Origin: the human T2T-CHM13v2.0 reference genome, Homo sapiens
DNA: 64,000 nt
Reading direction: 5' to 3'
NCBI GenBank assembly: GCA_009914755.4
Contig: CP068257.2
Coordinates: forward strand, 34,560,001 to 34,624,000
The position numbers were made by a program, and so were the translations under genes. Position 1 is the stretch's first letter, and every line of letters begins with the position of its first letter. Below, piece after piece: positions 1 to 19,496 of this stretch. The notes below the pieces were generated by a model. That model worked only from the letters and a program-made list of their open reading frames with translations. It was not told the origin of the DNA and did not search any database.

Positions 1-371
1 AAGGCTGCTGAATCCTTTGCTGTCGTTCTGTTGTGGGTGCCATGCTGGGGCTCTGATGATGTTGCAGCTTCACCCCTTACCCCAGGTTATCTGAAGGAGC
101 TGAGGGTGTTCAAGAGCACTGCTACCCCAGGCTTCACAGCAGCCTCAGTGAGGGCCACTCACACTGTAAGATCGAGATGGTCTTTTTGAAAAGAGCATTT
201 CTCTTTGCTGAAAAGAGTCTGATATGCTTTTCGATAATTTGTAGCCAGGATAGTCTATTTACTTTGTGTTTGAGTGAAGGAATATTTTTGCCATTCTTCC
301 TTTCAGGTCTGCTGTGGGGCTGGAGGTAGTCCAGATTTAGAGATGAATTATTCCTCCAGTGCTGTGATTTG

Positions 372-800
372 AATGGCTCTTCCAAAGTCCATGCTGAAAC
401 TTAACCCCAATATGACAATATTGGGGTTGGGGGGGCCTTTAAAAGGTGACCAGACCATGAGGGCTCTGTTCTCATAAATGAGTTACTCGACGTATGGATT
501 AATGCATTGATAGGTTATCCTGGGTGAGGAACTGGTAGCTAAATAAGAAGAGGAAGAGAGGCCTGAGCTAGCATTAGCATGCTCGGCCTCCTTGCCATGT
601 GATATCCCACACCACTTCGGGACTCTGCAGAGAGTCTCCACCAGCAAGAAGGCCCTCACCAGATGCAGCCCCTTGAGCTTGGCCTCTGTAACTGTAAAAA
701 GTAAATTTATTTTCTTTATAAATGACCCAGTTTCAGGTATTCTGTTATAAGCAACAGAAAATAGACTAAAATATCCAGCAATCTAACAGAATTGAGTTTA
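372..800 (+). mobile_element. ERVL-MaLR LTR remnant (MST/THE1-like 3' portion)
   Basis: Ends ...ctttataaatgacccagtttcaggtattctgttataagcaacagaaaatagactaa, resembling the THE1/MST LTR terminus (ctttataaattacccagtctcgggtat...ggactaatacag). Confidence 0.55.
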
Positions 801-819
801 TAGATAAGGGAAAGGGTTT

Positions 820-1520
820 GTGACCCACCTACACTATATAAATTCTCCCAAGAAAGTTAGGAGCTAGAAACTCCATGTCAGGCCTTGGTGTGGAAGGTGC
901 TGTGGACTGAATTGTGTTTCTCCTTCTCCCCTCAAACTCATATGCTGAAGTCTTAACCCCAGTGTAGCTGTATATCAAGGTAGGATCTTTGGCAGATGGT
1001 TTAGGTTAAATGAGGTCATGAGGATGAGACCCTAATTTAATAGGACTGTGGCCTTATAAGAATAGGAGGAGGGCAGGCACAGTGGCTCACACTTGTACTC
1101 TCAGGACTTTGGGAGGCTAAGGCAGGTGGATCACTTGAGCCCAGGAGTTTGAGACCAGCCTGGACAACATGGGGAAACCCCATCTCTACAAAAACAAACG
1201 AACAAACAAAATTAGCCTGGTGTGGTAGCATGCACCTGTAGTCTCAGCTACTTGGGAGGCTGAGGTGGGAGGTTTGCTTGAGTCCAGGAGTCTCTTAAGA
1301 AAAAAAAAAAAAAGGAAGAGGAAGAGACAGACTTCCTCCCACCTCCCACCATGTGAGGACACAGTGAGGAGATGGCTGTCTGCAAGCCAGGAAGAGAGCT
1401 GAAACTGCTGGCACCTTGATTGCGGACTCCCAACCTACAGAACTGGGAGAAGTAAATTTCTGTTGTTTAAGCCGCCCACTCTGTGGTATTTTGTTATGGC
1501 AGCCTGGGCCAACTAATACA
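820..1520 (+). mobile_element. ERVL-MaLR LTR remnant (MLT1-like), split by an Alu insertion
   Basis: Carries ...gaggtcatgaggatgagaccctaatttaataggactgtggccttataagaa | Alu | ...ccaccatgtgaggacacag...aaatttctgttgtttaagccgcccactctgtggtattttgttatggcagcc...ctaatacag, the classic MLT1-type LTR text. Confidence 0.55.
1071..1313 (+). mobile_element. Alu SINE (3'-truncated right arm, poly-A tail) inserted into the MaLR LTR
   Basis: ggcaggcacagtggctcacacttgta...gagaccagcctggacaacatgg...; poly-A at 1299-1313. Confidence 0.9.
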
Positions 1521-1609
1521 GAAGGAACTAAGTTAAACTTGTATTTTTCAGAAAAAAAGCAACTGTTTGAACAGGAATACCAACATTCAAGCTTGTATTT
1601 GAGTCACAT

Positions 1610-2760
1610 ACAGGCATTCCCATTTACCTATCTTTTAAAAATAGTCTTTTCCTTTTAAATTTCTTTCCAACTTTATTGGGCATACAATAAACTGCAAGCA
1701 TTTAGAAGTGTATAATTTAAAGAGTTTTGACATAACGTTTATCCCTGTGAAACCATCACCACAATCAAGACAATGAGCATGGATCTGTCACCCCCAGAAG
1801 TTTCCTCCTGTCCTTTTGTCGTCTCCCTCCCTCCCTTGTCCCCAGACAACCACTGATCTGTTTTCTGTCACCATAGATTTGTTTGCATTTTCTGAAAGTT
1901 TATATAAATGGAATCCCACAGTATGTGCCCTCTCTCTCCTTTTCTGGTCTGGCTTCTTTCACTCAGCAAAGCTACTTCGAGAGTCATTCAGGCTGTTGTG
2001 TACATCAAAGTTTCCTTCTTTTTTACTGCTGAGTAAGAGTCCATGGATATATACAATTTCTTTATCCATTTCCCATTAGTGGACATTTGGGTTGCTTCCA
2101 GTAGGTATATGTTTAATTTTTTAAGAAGCTGCCAAACTGTTTGCCAAAGTGGTTGTATCATTTTACATTCCCAGCTGCAGTGTATGAAAGCTCCAGTTCT
2201 CCCCCATCCTCTTCAACACTTGGTATGGTCAGTCTTTTTCACTTTGGTCATTTTAATGAGAGTGTAATACTCTCTTATTGTGGCTTTTGCATTTTGTACA
2301 TGACAGATGATTAGAAAATCAGTAAGTGGTCATTGTAACTTTGTTTTAATTCCATAGACACATAACATAAAGATCACTGTAAGAATCTTCACTGTTTTAT
2401 TGTATGTAATAGCAAAAAATTGGGAGTGACCACCCCTGGTAGGGGAGTAGTTGTGAAGTGAGTCATGGAACGACAATATAATGCACACACAGCCATGGAA
2501 CCAAGTAGACTGGTAGTTACTAACATGAAAAATGCTTATTATAAATAAGGGGGAAGAAAGGACAGGCGAACAGTTTACATATAGCCCACTCAATCTTGTG
2601 TGTGTGTGAGAGAAAGGGAGGGGGTACTGTATAGGAGTGGACAAGATCTCGAAGCCCCTTATTGTAGGACTAGTGTATTTCCAGTTTTTCACGACTCTGA
2701 ATAAAGCTGTAATGAACATCTTTACGCACGTGGCTATTTTTGTTAAGATAAATTGCTAGA
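1610..2760 (-). mobile_element. Old L1 (L1M/L1PB-like) 3' portion, antisense
   Basis: Reverse complement of the L1 3' end (ttattgggcatacaataaactgc..., ccccagacaaccactgatctgttttctgtcaccatagatttgtttgcattttc, gacatttgggttgcttccag). The minus ORF 2330-2719 resembles the ORF2p C-terminus (MFITALF..NWK...). Confidence 0.7.
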
Positions 2761-3152
2761 GGTGGAGTAGCTGGGTCAGTGGACGTACAGTGAAGCCTCT
2801 GGACACAGGGGTATGTGCTGGCCTGCCTTTGCCCCTCTCCTCTGCCTGCACGGATGCCAGAGCCACAGCCTGTCACCTGCTGTACTTTGTCATGTGTTTA
2901 TCTAGCAGGACCACATTCTCTATCCCAATCTTGTCACTCTTCTGATTCCAGAATTTCTCCACTATTCCCATGTTGGGAACATTAGGATAATTTATAAAGT
3001 TAAAAAAAAAAATAGAGGGGGTTATTGATATTAACCATTATAGGTAATAACAATTTAGATTATTCTGGGAAGAAGTGACATCTTTACACACTTGGGCCCT
3101 TCCATATAGAAATGTGGTAGTTTCCATCATTCATTAAAATGTACTCACTTTG

Positions 3153-3764
<612 letters not shown>

Positions 3765-4041
3765 GTATTCACTTATGTCCTTAAGAGTTCTTCTTAAATA
3801 AGACCTTCCTGTTCCTCAAGTATATTAAGTATTTTATACATGTGTTTTTGCTATTGTGAATGGGATTATTTTCCTCAGGTAGACGGGTATACCGTCAACC
3901 AATACTGATTTGTATTTTTTTCTAATATTTTGCTAGCATTTCCTGGAACAGTGTTGAATAGCAATGTTGCTATCAGTGTGTTAACCACGGTAATGTTGGC
4001 TGCTATAACAAAGAAGTCCAAAATCAATGTCCTCGATGTAA

Positions 4042-4543
<502 letters not shown>

Positions 4544-5426
4544 TGAGGTTTTAACCAGCCAGGTCCTGATGGCACGTGTTATGTCCACCCATGCCTCCCA
4601 GGGAGACTGGGCAGCCATGGCCCAGCTGCAGCCCTAACTGAAGAAGAAGGGAGCCGTGATTTGGGTGGGCTGGGCCCAGTGCCTGCACTCACCTGGCACG
4701 CACTGATTTTAATGGAAGGGTCTGTAGTGTTTCACCATCATCTCTACCCTGTGACCTCCCTCTGTTTCTTGTGTCATAAAGGATCAGTTTATTCCTTGGT
4801 TACTAACTTTAATAACTACTTATCTTTATATGGCAAGAAAGGCATGTCATTTCATTACCTGATCAACATGTAAAGTATTGAATTGCTTTTTACCAAGCAT
4901 CACAGTTCTGCCTTATGTATTACTCTTGTGTTTGGGGGTCATTCTTGTACTTAGGCTAGATTTTCCCAATGCCTAGGATGTGCCTGGGAAGCAAATATGT
5001 TGGAGGATAATCTAATTCCGATTTGTGGAATGCAGGAAGGACCCCGGAATTGGAGCACCTGGGGTCATGTTCAGACTCACCATTTCTGAGATTGGGGTAG
5101 ATGCACTGGTTACCCACCGATAACCATTCTGCCCTCTTCTTTCTTGCCAATAGAGAACCCCAGTTATATTTGGGGATCAGGTGGTGATGCGCTGCAGGGT
5201 GGGGGCCCCAGCAGTAAATGTTATTGTTCTAGGACTTCATCCTAAAAATCCTGCTTTCCTTGGCAGGGATTAATTTCGAGGTGGGCACATGACCTGCTCT
5301 AGCCCAATGAGATATGGCGGGAAGGCTGCAGGGTGGCTTCTGGAAAGGTTTTTTTCTCATACAAAGAGACAAAAAGGAACACACACTGCCACGACAGGGA
5401 AAGATAGGTTAAGAGTCAATTCACTG

Positions 5427-5707
<281 letters not shown>

Positions 5708-5895
5708 GAAGAGTCAATTCATCATTGACAGCATGTAAGGCACCAGAATGCTTGGATCTTTTGGGGATGTCACTGAGCCCTTGCAGGAACCAAATGCAGA
5801 AATGAGCTCCTTTAGCCCTGGTTTCCCAGCCTTGGCATGCTGTGGCATGGCAGACATTCTGGCTGCGGGTGGGTGGTGGTCTGTGCACTGTAGGA

Positions 5896-6056
5896 TGTTT
5901 TGTTTTGTTTAAGAGGCAGGGTCTCACTATGTTGCCCAGGCCAGAGTGCAGGAGCTGTTTACAGATGCAGTCATAGCTCACTACAGCCTCACACAATCCT
6001 CTCGCCTTCGCCTCCTGAGTAGCTGGGATCACAGGTGCGCGCCACTGTGCCCAGCT
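5896..6056 (-). mobile_element. Alu fragment (antisense, roughly a monomer)
   Basis: gagggcagggtctcactatgttgcccaggc...cctcctgagtagctgggatcacaggtgcgcgccactgtgcccagc. Confidence 0.7.
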
Positions 6057-6680
6057 CTCTGTAGGATGCTTATTCCCATCCTGGCCTCCCTGACTTCTGT
6101 CCAGTAGATGCCAGTATCACCCCCTCCTCCACCCAAAGTTGTAACAGCCAGAAATGTTTCCACACATTGCCAAATGTCCCCTGGGGGCAAAATTTCCCCA
6201 GTTGAGAACCACTGCTGTAGACCTTTGGTTTTGTGAGGCAATACATTGCTTCATTTAAACCTGTATGGCTTGATGGTCTGTTCTTTACAGCCACACATGT
6301 CCTAGCTGAGCTCACAACCCTGGACCATCCTCAACCCGAGAGCCAGAGCCTGTTTCTTCTGCAGGCTGACGTGGACGTACTTGTCTGTTGACAGTAAAGG
6401 TATTTTGTGCATCCTTAAAAGATGCAGTGTCTTGCAGCTGTTGGAGTGGTTTCTGGCTGGGAGCAGGACGCCTACAGAGCAGTTGCAGAGGACCTTCTGT
6501 CTCCCCATGGCGGAGGCACCATTCCAACTACGGAACCTTTGTTGTGTTTTGGAGGGGGTCGTGTGCTTCCAGCACCTGCCGCCTCTGCCAGCCACAGCAC
6601 TCTGCCTCTTTGTTCTGAGTGCCCGGGACAGAGTTGTATAGCTGCTGCCTTTTGGAGAGAGGAGTCAGCTTTGGGCTTGA

Positions 6681-7438
<758 letters not shown>

Positions 7439-8681
7439 TAGCTTATTCCAGGGACAGGGAAGCAGGAGGAAAAAGCACTAGGAGGAAGACCGCAGACTGG
7501 ATTCAGAACAGGCTATCGTGGAGAGCTGTGTGCTTCGCTGCCGGCCTGAGGCTCTGCGTTCCCCTCCTTGGTGCTCAGGCTGCCCAGCATACGCAGCAAG
7601 TGCTGACCCAGCAGGCAGCCCACGTGCGCTTCAGGTGTGGGAGGCTCTGCGGGCTGCGGGGAACAGGATCGCTGTGGGAGGTTGAGCCTGGAGCTCTGAA
7701 CAGCCACTCTGCGCCCAATCTGCTGTAGCGCTGAGGGTCAGGAAGGCCTCTGGGAGTTCTCTAGAAGAAGGCGCTGGGGAGGAGGAGTTAACATCTCATT
7801 TCATTAGAGCATGCCAGTTCTGTTCTGGGTGTGACTTTTGAAGAATATTGAGTTCTACCAGTAGAACTTTGGGGACTGAAACCTGTTGAGGATTTGTAGT
7901 AAGACTGTGTCCCGAAGGCGTTCTTCCTTTTCTTCTGTCTCTGACTTTAACAAGCAGGTTTCCCTATAAGCTTTGGTGTTTGTTAAACAGATCATTTGTA
8001 TGTGCAATAAAATATGTTTAAAAATTAGAAAAATAACATCTCCCGATACTATGTTATTTTATATTTTTAATGGTATGATTACTTTTATTTGATTTTCTGG
8101 TTTGTGATGATAAATGCATAAGAATGGCAGTGTTCTCTGCATCATGTACATTTCAAGGTGTAGACTGTGTTCTGAAGGGAGAGTCGGCCCCACATCCTTA
8201 CCTTCTTTTCCTGTGGTTTATTGCAGAACTCAGCTGCCTTCACCTCCTCCTGCCATTTTTCATCACTTCTGAGACTGTTAGCTCTTAGACCCCCCAAATA
8301 GAACAGTTTCCTTTGTGAGCCCCTATTATATGCTTGCCACCATTGTTTTTCAAACCTAGGATCCTCCAAACTCAGTGCCACTCAGCCTCTTCTACTGATG
8401 AAGAAACTGGAGTTCAAAGGCTTGCTTGCAGCTTCCCAGGTGTATGACGAGTATTTCAGGTCGGCCAGCGCCTTGTGAAGCCCACACTCCAGGGTTGAGG
8501 GCAACATGTAACAATGTCAGGGAAGGCTGAGGAAGTGCTGTGCCATCGCAAAAGAATAAAATATAAGTCTAGAAATGCGGAAGGTACTGTACAGCATCAC
8601 AGCTACCTAAACTTCCTCTATGGGAAGACAGGGAAAGTAGGCGTTAGTGGCAAGACAGAGTGGCTTTGAGTCTAAGTGTCA

Positions 8682-9132
<451 letters not shown>

Positions 9133-9189
9133 TTAACTAAGAGATTGGGAGCAGCCTGTGTGGCTGACAGGCCCTATTGCTCATGACTT

Positions 9190-9375
9190 GTGTATGTGTA
9201 CACGTGTGGGATGTGTGTATGCATGTGTGTATATGTATGCAGTGTGTATGTGTGGAGTGTGTGCATGTGTGTACATGTATGCATGTGTAGAGGGTGTGTG
9301 TGTGTATATGTATGGGAAGTATGTATGTATGTATTTGTGTGCCTGCATGTGTGGACATGTGTACGCATATCCAGT
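9190..9375. repeat. Imperfect (TG/CA)-rich complex microsatellite (tgtgtatg / catgtgtg units)
   Basis: gtgtatgtgtacacgtgtgggatgtgtgtatgcatgtgtgtatatgtatgcagtgtgtatgtgtggagtgtgtgcatgtgtgtacatgtatg... Confidence 0.85.
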
Positions 9376-9948
9376 GTTAACCCTGACACACTGGGGAAGT
9401 GGAAATAGAATGAATACCCTGTATGTTTCAGCTCCTTTTTGAGTTTATCCTGCACGACCAGCTTATGAGTAGGTGATGGTATATTTTTGGTCACCTACAG
9501 CACTTCCTCAGCCTCCCCTGACATGTCTACATGTTCCACCCCCACCCCCGGAGTGTGGGCTTTGCAGGGCGCTGGCGGACCTGAAATACTCTGCACACCT
9601 GGGAAGCTGCAGGCAGACCTCTGAGCTCCAGCTCGTTCTTCAGTAAAAGGGGCTGAATGGTGCTGACTTTGGAGGATTCCAGGTTTCAGAAATAATGGGT
9701 GAGAAAGCAGAGCCTCAGAGCTATCAGGTGACTTGTGACAGGCTTGCTCAGATGAGAGCTGGAGCCCGGACTCGGACCCAGGCCTGCCACTCAGAGCCTG
9801 GCCTCTGTCACAGTTCCCCTCCCATTGACTTTCGGGGCCCGTCTTAGGAGCTCGACCGGCGGCCAGCAAAACATTCCCTCCACAGCAGAGCCACCTCTGG
9901 GTAAACTGATAAAAATGAGCTTCTGAACCTGCCAAGGTGCCAGGGCTC

Positions 9949-10472
<524 letters not shown>

Positions 10473-10786
10473 TATTTATTTTATTTTTTATTTTATTTTT
10501 GAGACAGGGTCTCACTTTGTTGCCCAGGCTGGAGTGCAGAGGTGCGATCGTAGCTCGCCCACAGCCTTGACCTCCTAGTTCCAAGTGATCCTCCTGCCTC
10601 AGCCTCCCAAGTAGCTGGGACTACAGGTGCACATCACATGCCCAGCTAATTTTTGTATTTTTTATAGAGACAGGGTTTTGCCATGTTGCTGGTCTTGAAC
10701 TCCTGGGCTGAAGCAATTCACCTGCCTCGGCCTCCCAAAGTGCTGGGATTACAGGTGTAAGTCACTGCGCCTGGCCTGCTTCTTTT
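10473..10786 (-). mobile_element. Alu SINE (antisense)
   Basis: T-rich head then gagacagggtctcactttgttgcccaggctggagtgcag...gtaagtcactgcgcctggcc. Confidence 0.9.
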
Positions 10787-11794
10787 TTTTCTGAGCATGC
10801 TTTTAAAATCTCTAGTAGGTGATACACCCAGCCTTCAGTTCTACTCCTACTCAAGCAGCATGGTAATTTTAAGAAAATTTTAAAAGGAAAAAAAAAGCAT
10901 ATTCTAATGTGTCTTCTTACCTGATGCAGAAGATGGAGTTAGCCTGAGTGACCCATTCCTTGCTAGCAGCTTTATTGGAAGCTGGGATTTGGGTATGTGG
11001 ATAACTCATGCTGAGAGCTGATTAATCACGTGCATGGCCCTGTTAGGGTTCAACTGACTTAGGTAAATACAACACAATGATATTTCAGCTGTGACCTTTC
11101 AGAGAAGGAAGCTCCTTGTTTACATAGGAGTTATAGCAGCACTGCTCTCCCAGTTCAACAAAAACTGGTCTCACTGGTTACCTGTGGAACCCCGACTCCC
11201 TGAGATGGCTCTCGGCAGCCTTGCCTTCTGCCTGTTTCTCCAGCTTATCTCTTGCCACCGCCACTCCCTCAAGCTGGCAAAGCAACCGGGTCATGCCATT
11301 TCAGTCAAGGTGGAATGCCACACCATGAGCACTTGGGAAGTCCTGGCCAAGTGCTGGTCTGTTCCATTTTCGTCCTGTCTAAAGGGCACTAACAGTGCCC
11401 CCTGGCAGGTGCTTCACTGAGCGTTTGAGCCTGTGTCACCTGGCCTCCCTGACTCACTGTGCCACTGTGCAGCTTCCTTTCAGTGGCATGAAAAGAACAC
11501 CCTTACAAAGATGCCTGACTTCCAGAAGGAAGACATGTCAGTGTTTCACCGTGAAAAATGCAACTCCTCGTTTGCTTGGTGGGAGACGTGCTTTTAAATT
11601 GGCTGACTTACATTTCTTTCTAGACAAAGACATCTGGCATTCTGAAGTCAGCATTGTACTCTGTGCAAAAGTAGGGTGACTGTCTCTTCTAGGAACTTTT
11701 AAAGGAAACATTTAACATTTTTATTTTACGGGCTAAATAAAGCGTTTTAAAAATGAAACATAATTCTGTCCACTCCCCACCCATATGGTTAAAT

Positions 11795-11905
11795 TACTCC
11801 TTTTTTAAAGCATTTTAAATTGTGGTAAAATACATATAAACAAATTGTGGTAAAATACATATAACATAAAATTTACCATCTTAACCATTTTTAAGCATAT
11901 TAACT
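11795..11905 (+). mobile_element. Old L1 (L1M-type) 3'-end fragment with an internal 22-bp tandem duplication
   Basis: aaattgtggtaaaatacatata x2 then acataaaatttaccatcttaaccatttttaagc, matching the L1M 3' end (aattgtggtaaaatacacataacataaaatttaccattttaaccatttttaag). Confidence 0.5.
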
Positions 11906-12328
11906 TGTGTCCATGTGTAGCCTTTTGGAATTTTTCATCGTGTTCCCTACACAGAATGCTTCTAAATCATGCCGTGTCCTGGGGACTGTCATACTGTCAG
12001 GTTGTGTAAAGTCAAAGGAAACAAAGATATTTTCTTGGGTGGAGCAACAGTGACACTTCCTGATTTCTATTAAGCTTGGATGTAGTTTGAATCTTTTTTT
12101 TTCAAACATACTTTATACTTAACATTTTAGTATTTTCTTTTAAGGTCAGCCTACTGAGCCTATGCATATAATGAGGTCAAAAATGTTACAATTATGTCCT
12201 AATTATAGCTCAAGGAATGCTTTTAGAACAGTGTAGTTCCTGAGTGAAATAAATAAGAAAGTTTAATTTCCTGTTTAATCAGTTTCTCCTTTTTAAATTT
12301 TTTTAGCACTTTAAAAAGTGATTTTGAA

Positions 12329-12908
<580 letters not shown>

Positions 12909-12911
12909 TCA

Positions 12912-13568
<657 letters not shown>

Positions 13569-14323
13569 CTCAGTTCATCTATTTCTCTGTGATATTTATT
13601 CTGTAGTTGCAGAAGAATATTTCTCATATGATACGTATATTAAGCTTACTGGCCAGCCAGTTTGGGTTTCTGGATAGTGAAACTGTCCTGGAAGTGTTTG
13701 CTGAGCTTTTCTTGCTGGAGAAGATTCTTGGCAAAGCCTGGATGGAGGATGGAGATGAGAAAGGTAGTGTGAGGGTGGCACACCTGTTTTGTGCTAATTC
13801 CAGTCTTGGCAGCCCTGGACCTGCCGGGAGAGGGATGACAGTGACATGTGGCCCAGTTTTTGCTCAGAGAAGAAAAAGTCACCAAGACCGACCATGAGGG
13901 CAGGAGCTCTTGCTTCTCCTCCTAGATGAGAGTTAGAAGGAATTTGAGAGCAAGGCTTCTTTCTTGGGATCCAAATACTTCTTACCTTGGAGTTTTCCTA
14001 GCCGTGGCTAGTGGGTCATAATGTCAGCGACATTGCCAAATGGGAGCGGAAGAGTGTCGTTGGGGGAAGGGTGAAGACGCTGTCAGAGAATAAGACATAC
14101 CCCACTAGAACTTTAAAAAACAAGTCAGAAAAAAAAAAAACAAAAAACAGAAAAAAACCCACATACCCACACATACACCCTGAAGAGGGAATCAGGAGTT
14201 TGCAAGCCCTAGAAGGTAGTTATTGTGGTAATTAAAGATTGAAAGCTCACTCTCAAGAGAGCTGCACCAAATCCCTGGGCTGCCTCAGGGTTTGCTGAAA
14301 TGAGTCCCACTCTTCTCTGGTCA

Positions 14324-14895
<572 letters not shown>

Positions 14896-14899
14896 CCTA

Positions 14900-15240
<341 letters not shown>

Positions 15241-15254
15241 CTACCAAAAACTAA

Positions 15255-15902
<648 letters not shown>

Positions 15903-16789
15903 TAAGAAAGAAGCTTTCCTAAGTCCTGTACTTGGACGAGGGCACCGGTGTTGTCTTTGGGTACAGGGCATTAGCAATTGTAAAGAACAGTGTTGAAGGG
16001 GTGAATAAGTAATATCTTTTCCTCATCCATTGCGAGGTTCATGGCTGAGACCCCTATAACGAAAGAGAGATTAACGAGAGAAAAGCATGCAAATTAAGTT
16101 TTACATGGCATGAGAGCCTTCAGAAATGAAGACTTGGAGAAACAGGGATTCCAATCTGTGTCTCTGTGCTTGGGTTTGATGAAGTGTGACAGTCGCGTAG
16201 AATGACTGGATGCGGGCTGTGATGATTCAGGAATACCCCGGGGGGAATTTAGCAAGGCCTGTTTGTTCAGGTTCTTCTTGGTGCCTCTGGGAGACATTCC
16301 TTCCCTCTGGGTATAGGGCAGGACGCCTGTCACAGGGCGTTCAGGGGAGAAGGGAGGGAGATCTTGATCTCCCTAGGCTTTATGAGCTGCCTAGGCTTTA
16401 TGAGCTGCCACAGGGAGGAAGGTGAGAGTATCCTTCCTGCTTCTGCTGTTTTCTCAGTTTCCCAGGTACCATATTTTGGGGTAGCATTTCCTGCACCCCA
16501 TTAGTATCCACCAGAGAAGTTTGCCCTAAAAATGTGCTGTCCCTCTTGTGTCTGGTGCTGGCCTTCAGTGAGACTGAAGGGCATCACGGAAAAGTCTCGT
16601 AAGGTGGAATTGCGGGGAGCCCGAGTGGGAACCTCCATGGTGGCCTTTACCACTGATCCAAGCAACTGGTTCTCCCTTCTCCACTGGGCTACAGCTCTGA
16701 GCTTCTGCACAAAGAGTGGAGTCTCCATCTTTAAATATTCTGCTTATTTTTCAATTTGTCATTATACTAAGAGGTCATGTGTGTGGATT

Positions 16790-16930
16790 ACTTACTTTGT
16801 GCTGGGCAGTATGCTAAATTCTTTATACATGGTAACTCTTTATGCTTGTAACTTCGTGAGGTATCACAGTCCTCATTTTTACAGATGAAACTTCAGCCCA
16901 GAAAGGTAATTTGCCCGAACAGCAAATTCT
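16790..16930 (+). mobile_element. MIR SINE fragment
   Basis: ...ttatgcttgtaacttcgtgaggtatcacagtcctcatttttacagatgaaacttcagcccagaaaggtaatttgcccgaac vs MIR core ccccattttacagatgaggaaactgaggctcagagaggttaagtaacttgcccaagg. Confidence 0.55.
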
Positions 16931-17359
16931 GAAACTGGAATTGGTGGCTCTGGTGCCCAAGCTTGCATATTTAGACCAGGCATCAGTAATAGCCTCAGTT
17001 TTGTTTATTGCTTTGTTAAGCCTTAGTTTTGAAGCACTTGTTAAGTGCGAGGCTCCATGTGGAGTGTATAAACACTCAATCTCTGTGTGACGACAGCTCC
17101 AAGGAGCAGTCCAGCAAGTTCTGTCTGGCCAAATCTAGACCTGGTTTTGATTAACTTTGTTCATGATCTCTAGATCACTCTGCTCTATGCTTGAACCTGT
17201 ATGCTTGAGTCAAGCTTACCTCTCTGATGGGTGAAGAAAATGATATTTCACTGTTATATTAATTTTATTTTTCTTACCACAAAGGAAGGATATCTCTTCA
17301 TTTTTCTAAGTCCTGTTGGTTCATTGCCTTTGCTTTTGCTGCATTTCTCTCTCTCTCTT

Positions 17360-17657
17360 TTTTTTTTTTTTTTTTGAGACAGAGTCTCACTCTGTCACTC
17401 AGGCTGGAGTTCAGTGGCACAATCTCGACTCTCTCCAACCTCCACCTCCCAGGTTCCAGTGATTCTCCTGCCTCAGCCTCCTGAGTAGCTGGGACTGCAG
17501 GCGTGTGCCACCACGCCTGGCTAATTTTTGTATTTTTAGTAGAGACAGGGTTTCATCATGTTGGCCAGGCTGGTCTCAAACTCCTGACCTCAGGCGATCT
17601 GCCCATCTTGGCCTCCCAAAGTGCTGAGATTACAGGCGTGAGCCACTGCACCCAGCC
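17360..17657 (-). mobile_element. Alu SINE (antisense)
   Basis: Poly-T, gagacagagtctcactctgtcactcaggctggagttcagtggcaca..., ends gcgtgagccactgcacccagcc. Confidence 0.9.
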
Positions 17658-17790
17658 TTCTTGCTGCATTTTTAAAGAAGACAACTGCAGCTTGTCTCTC
17701 TTGATAAGCAGTCTGAGTTTGCCTTTAGTGCACCTTTTCTTCAACAGAAATCAGTTGCCTGTCTCAGATGGGCCTTGCTCACATTATTCA

Positions 17791-18408
<618 letters not shown>

Positions 18409-19496
18409 ATCAAAACATGATAAACATGGTCAACATACAGTGAACAAGTTCATTCCACTTTTACTGGTTACAGCCTCAGTTCTGGGCTATGTGTCTTTTT
18501 CTATGTCTTTTTCACATTAAATGAAGTGAGGTAACACATGTAAATGAGAAAAAATAGCAATCAGTTCTATTAATTTGAAATGAGTGGTTGTGGTTCCTTG
18601 CAATTGCGTTCATATGAAAAGAGATGTATCAGTCAGGATAGGGAAAGTTATGCACAGTAACAAACAATCCTCAAATCATGGTGACTTTTACAACATGGTT
18701 TATTTCTGCCTTACTGGATCAGAAAGTAGTTTCTGCTTTCTGAAATTTCTCAGGGGCTTTATCTCAACCTGTGTTTCCATAATCTTAGAGGCAGGGAAAA
18801 GAGAAGTGATAAGCTATGAGTTGGCTTTGAAGATCTGTGCCAGAAGTGACTCCCATAATTCTATTCATCTTGTTGGCCCCAAGTATGTCACGTTGCCGTG
18901 CCTATACTCAAAAGAGCAGAAGAAAGGGATCCTGCTGTGTGCACAGACTGAGGGAACCTCTTAGGAATCCCAGATGCTCCCCATGGGAAGTACTTAACAT
19001 CTTTTTTGTCCCAAATAGCAGAAGTCTTAGAGTATAATGAGCAAAAATGAGATTTGGTAGTGTTAAAAAGAGAAAACTCTGCCTTGACAAAAATAATGGT
19101 ACAGGTCAAGACAGCTTTTAGCTCTCCTGCTCTTGAATCCATGGAGAAAGCTTGTTAGCCTGTGATCAGTAAGCCATGGGAGTCGTGGAAATGTTTTCTG
19201 CGGGCTGGCTGGGCATTGCTGGTGGTGAAGCTGGATGTTGGCTGCCTGACCGTTCTATGTGTTTGAAATTGCCCGTGAGCAAATGTACTGTTTGCTATCC
19301 ATTATCCACGTTCATTCCTTCTCTGCTGCTACCGTCAGTCTGTTTTCATCCTTTGTGACAGTGTGGAAGTTAAGTGGCCTCTCCTCTGTTCTTTTTTTTT
19401 TTTTCCTTTTTGGAACATAAGCACATTTTTTCACATTATTTTATTAGCATTCCCTTTGTTTTAAGGTATCACATTCTTCATAAATGATGTTTTAAG

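Noticed and set aside
6330-6410. Exon-like segment ctgtttcttctgcag|GCTGACGTGGACGTACTTGTCTGTTGACAGTAAAG|gtattttg, looked at as a possible 5' exon of the gene.
   Set aside because: Only 35 nt, stops in two frames, and the open frame (LTWTYLSVDSK) is unrelated to the expected Dopey N-terminus. Most likely a chance AG/GT pair.
16372-16411. Direct tandem duplication of the 19-bp unit ctaggctttatgagctgcc (x2).
   Set aside because: Real, but a trivial slippage duplication in unique intergenic or intronic sequence. It carries no recognisable function.
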